Assembly: GCA_964247055.1 (NCBI GenBank)
Contig: OZ176054.1
Location: forward strand, 7,130,001 to 7,194,000
Direction: 5' to 3'
Length of the DNA: 64,000 nt
Source of the DNA: Paragordius varius
Taxonomy: Eukaryota; Animalia; Nematomorpha
Shown: positions 59,659 to 64,000 of the stretch, piece by piece
Numbering within the stretch: position 1 is the stretch's first letter
Layout: each line of letters opens with the position of its first letter
The notes under the pieces: generated by a model
What the model was told of the DNA's origin: nothing
Databases searched by the model: none
What the model saw: only the letters and a program-made list of their open reading frames with translations
Program-made: the position numbers and the translations under genes

Positions 59659-60568
59659 ACTTGAAAATTAAGTTGTTTTGGAGGTGTGTCGGCGACGTGG
59701 TTTGTGTTTTTAAGAAACTATGATACACATATGCGAACTTTATATTGCCAATAACCCTACAAAACTATTGTTATTTTTAGCCAAAAACATAAAATAAATT
59801 TGTAAGCATAATTTTAAATACAATTTTACACTATTATTTATTTTATTAATAAAGGAACACCAATAATTAAATAATTATTTCTGTGTAAAACAATTAAAAT
59901 AAAGAATGTTAAATTATTATCACAATTTAGGTTAAATATACCATTATCATTATAAGAATAATATATAGTTTTTAAAAATTTGATGAAGAAAATATTTTTT
60001 TTATATTCGATTAGATCTGAAACATATTTTCTAGGTTAAATAAAAATTATTAAAATATTAACCGTAATTTTATTTTGCCAAGTTTTAAGATATCTAGTCA
60101 TCGTTAAGGGGTTGTTTTATTTGGATATTTTTAACATATTTTTAAAATAAATATAATCTTTTTTTCCAAATCATCCCTAAACCATTTCGTTTGCAAATCC
60201 AATAACATCTTGTTTGGCTGACTAATAACCATGACTTATGCTGTCTATACACAATGCACTAAATCGTAAGTTATAAAAACCTGATAAAATATATAGAATT
60301 TGATAGGTGATGTATCAAGATTTTCATAGTGCCTATGGCTTGGCCCCTTTCGAGTAATACAAGAAAGTTATTTACACTTGATGGTAAATTCTCTATATCA
60401 GAAAAAGGCAAATGTTCATTTTAAATAATTTTTAGTGAAAATCTAAATGCCTCATTCCAAAAAATATCTCTAAATTTAGATTCACACATGAGCGGGAATT
60501 ATAGAGTACTAACCATTTTAACATTTAGATATTCAAATTGAGGTATCTAAAATTCCTAAACTAAAAAA

Positions 60569-60725
60569 GGATGATATAATAGGTAGGGCGTCGGACTCTT
60601 ACACACTAGTGCCAGAGTTCGAACCCCGAAACTACGCGATTTCCCATCACCCTATCAGCCCTGGGCAGGCTGACTGTCAACGGCTTGACAACTCCGGATA
60701 CAATTTAAGTCCTTTCCCTAAAAAA
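60569..60725 (+). mobile_element. tRNA-derived SINE-like sequence
   Basis: A-box-like segment (TATAATAGGTAGGGCG), B box GAGTTCGAACC (60615-60625), then a GC-richer body (CCCTGGGCAGGCTGACTG); no intact cloverleaf. Confidence 0.5.
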
Positions 60726-63099
60726 GAACAAAAGAGACTCTAAACTGTTTTATTAATTCCTATTTATTATTACTAACTCATAATGTCCCGTAAAGAACAC
60801 TACGTATGTCCTCTCTAAAATATGTATGCTCTTTGAAAATATTTAAAAATCACTTTTATATGTATATTTTTCGACCCCTTCTAAAGAGTGAGGGGTTATC
60901 TTTTAGTTTAAATAAATTCTGACTTGGATCAATTTAATTTTAACATAATTAGTAAGAAGATGTATAGTTTTTATATATTCTAAATATACTGCATCCAAAA
61001 TCGGGTGGCATAAAAAATATCCTGATATCTATCAATTTTGAGAAAAAAATGTATCAGTAGTATCATGGCGCTTTTAGTTTTGGCCTTAAGGGGTCATTTT
61101 CTGTGGCAAAATAAATATTTGGGGGAAAATAAATTCATTTTAAAAAATGTCACTAAAGTATAACATCCTATATAAAAAAGCAAACAATAAGTCTCAGATT
61201 TTTTCACCCTTCTAATGGGCTGATAAAGTTAGCTTTTAAATTTGGGTAAAGTCTTATGAAAAAACAACTTAATATAACATAGTGAAAAATAATATGTTAA
61301 AGCGTTTTAAGCCGTTTGCATCATGCTTTGCTAAAAACTAAATTTATCAAAATATCTATATTTTCAGTAAACTCTTTTTTGGTGTCATTTAGCATTATTT
61401 AAAAGGTTAACACGCTATTTCGGCATTTTTGATTGTCCATTTTAGAGGTGTCCAATAATTTTAGACTTTTGAGGTCATATCTAAATATTATATTTTTAAA
61501 ATATTTTGCTCTTTATATATAGTTTATGTATATTTTAGTGATATTTTTTTAAATAAAAAAATCAAAAAATTTTATTTAACAATATATGCGCAATTTTGCC
61601 ATTTGATATAGAGCATTTACCACAATAGTGTAAATAACTTAAACTACACCTAAGGGCCAAAACTAAAAAGACCATGAACAATCTGAATTTATATTTTCAG
61701 AATATTTTTTGTGGACACGATGTTATCGATAGAAATATAATGATTTTAATATCTATTGAGAATTATTTAAACATTTGTAGTTTTTACTATTATAAAATTT
61801 CAAGTAATAATAATTTAATATAATTCGAAACTAATACCATATTTTTTTCCTGCGCACGGTTTTTTCGTCACTATTCGGACAATAAGGCAACTCGTGGACG
61901 CTTCTTGTCTGCTTCGAAATCTTAAACATATATCCCATGAAACACGCTTGAAATCGGTGGTCATAAAAAGTCCTGAAATATAATGAAAAAAATGTATTAA
62001 AATATTCATGGTGCTATTATTTCTTTGTGCTTATGAGCAATTAAAAAAATATTATTTTCTATTCGTTTAAAATTTAATTGCAGATTTGTTTATAGGAAGG
62101 ATTTTTAAATGCAAACTTATTTTACCCATCCTTTATACAATAATAATTGGTTATTATTTGATCAAGGTCGGAATACCAATAATGCCGCTGAATGTTTATC
62201 TGGTAACAAAATACTAAATGGTAGCCAAACTGTTATATTTAAAGCAAACGCAACTTTTCATTTCGCTCTTCTTTGCAAATGTCGGGTTTGCTGGATATGG
62301 TATATATGAACTGCCTTAGCAAATGTACAATACGAAGAAATAAAAGGTTCTCTTTTATACTATGGCTGCCCTGCAACGCACTAGCAAGCCCGTGGTAAAA
62401 ACCTAGTCGCAGCAAGATAAATTTTAAAAATGAAAATAATTTATAGCATCAATCTATATGGAACTTTATTGAGCAAACGTGATTATGCTCTTCTATATAT
62501 ATAAATTGGTATATTTTATAAAAGGTCCCCGACAATAATATAATTTGGGAAATCAAATAAAATATCTCGTTTTTATAATTAAAGACGATAAATATGCATC
62601 CAGAATATGAAAGTCGTGCGCGGGAAACATGTCAATGATTTAATTTATTCATCAATTTCAACTCAAACGATAAAAATTCATCCTGATAGGGTTGCTATCT
62701 TATATATCAATACTGTGGAATCTATGTATTTATAAAAATATAAAATACTTGCTTTTTGATCTGTTTCCGGATAACTGGTGGACCCATTCAAATCCAAATG
62801 TCGAAAAAATATAATCATAAATGAATGCTTCAAAAGCTTGGCCCTTTTTTGAATTAGGCCCCCAGTTCGGGCCCACCCTGGGTAAAAAAGGGTTTTTTTT
62901 GAAAACAAAAGTCTACACAAATGGTGTCTTTGAGACAGTATTCCGGAAAACGTGTTGGACCATTCGATTTCAAATATGATTTTTTTACTTATTTTCGATT
63001 GCGCCAAACATAGTCGGCTCGCGTTTTTAATTTAGGCCCTCTTTTTACCCGCTTTCCCCGTAAAATGCCATTTTTTGAATCTGTTTTCACCAAAGGTAT

Positions 63100-64000
63100 G
63101 AGACCGTAAAAATTCAATGAAGATTCCAGGTATTCCCTGTTATAATGCAAACATTATAGTCGTGCATTCTTTCATATTGGCTGCTGGGTAAGGAGATACC
63201 CGCTAAAACTGCCCTATCATACCGAGATAGCGAGCCTTTGGGGTTAAATTTCAGAAAACCTATCAAGCCATATGAGTTCAATAGGTGCTTAAAATATCAT
63301 CTGTAACAAGGCAAAAATTTAGGTCGTGGGATTTTTTAAAATTAGCCGAGGCCTTTCACGCCCTGAAAAATGCGTGGTTTTGAGGAAATTTTTCCAAAAA
63401 ACATAAACATATGAAATCAATTATGATTCCAGGTATTCTCCGTAAAAAGGCAAATTTTTTATCGAATCTCTTTTTTATATTGGCCTCTTCGTAGGGGCTA
63501 CCCGCCAACAACTGCGCCACCAATCGAAATTGGGTTGATTAGATGTTAATTTTCAGATAACTTATCAAACCATATAAGTTCAATAAGTGCCTGAAATATT
63601 AACTGTAAAAAGGCAAAATAAGTGGAGCGGTGTTTATAAATTAGCAGGTATTAGGTGCATTTCGCCCTAAAAAATGCATCATTGAACTATTATTTAGTTT
63701 TGAAGCCATACTTCCAAAAACTATTAAAAACATATGGAATGAATGATGATTCCAGGTATTCCCCTATAAAGGCAAATTATCGAACGTCTTCTTTATTGGC
63801 CTCTGGGTAGAGGGCTACCCGCCTACCACCATATCCAGCGTGGCTTTAGAGGCAAATATTAGAATATTTTTCAGTCCATATGAGTTCACTACGGGCTTGA
63901 ATTACCCGTAAAAGGCAAAAATTTAAGTGGAGCGGTTTTAGTAAATTACCCCTTAATTCGACCCCTGCCCTGAAAAATGCGCCACCATAGAATGACTTTT
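63100..64000. repeat. Tandem array of diverged units of about 300-320 bp (3 or more copies, continues past the window end)
   Basis: GATTCCAGGTATTC recurs at 63122, 63425 and 63748, each followed by ATTGGC...GG.TACCCGC and CATATGAGTTCA-like blocks. Confidence 0.8.

Noticed and set aside
60150-60430. Possible small exons upstream of PMM
   Set aside because: No phase-consistent model or recognisable protein on either strand.
61800-62460. Coding-looking patch with NTNNAAE (MULE-like) and CxxC
   Set aside because: Motif too short, frames broken and no consistent splice model; at best a decayed transposase.

Overview
Very AT-rich eukaryotic (animal-type) genomic DNA with six intron-containing genes that I reconstructed by hand from splice sites and protein motifs: DYNLT1-like Tctex dynein light chain (-, 2508-5614), RTN4IP1-like MDR oxidoreductase (+, 5682-11280), a reduced MAGI-family scaffold (-, 11551-32920), DDX47/RRP3 DEAD-box helicase (+, 36065-42039), PTCD1-like mitochondrial PPR protein (+, 47032-56482) and phosphomannomutase (-, 57504-59658). 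Introns and intergenic DNA are filled with decayed mobile elements: a full-length RTE LINE with a candidate HDV-like ribozyme at its 5' end, RTE and CR1 fragments, a Mos1-like mariner, CACTA-, piggyBac- and ISL2EU-like non-autonomous elements, several MITEs and a tRNA-derived SINE. The main observation is intron-size polarity. In five genes the first intron is a 22-25 nt GT-AG mini-intron, and the sixth (MAGI) may have a 25-nt GT-AA one. All mini-introns lie within about 400 nt of the ATG, while the other introns are 64 nt to about 14 kb. All homology calls rest on recalled motifs, not database searches; exon models are manual and untested against RNA data; the organism cannot be identified from this window.
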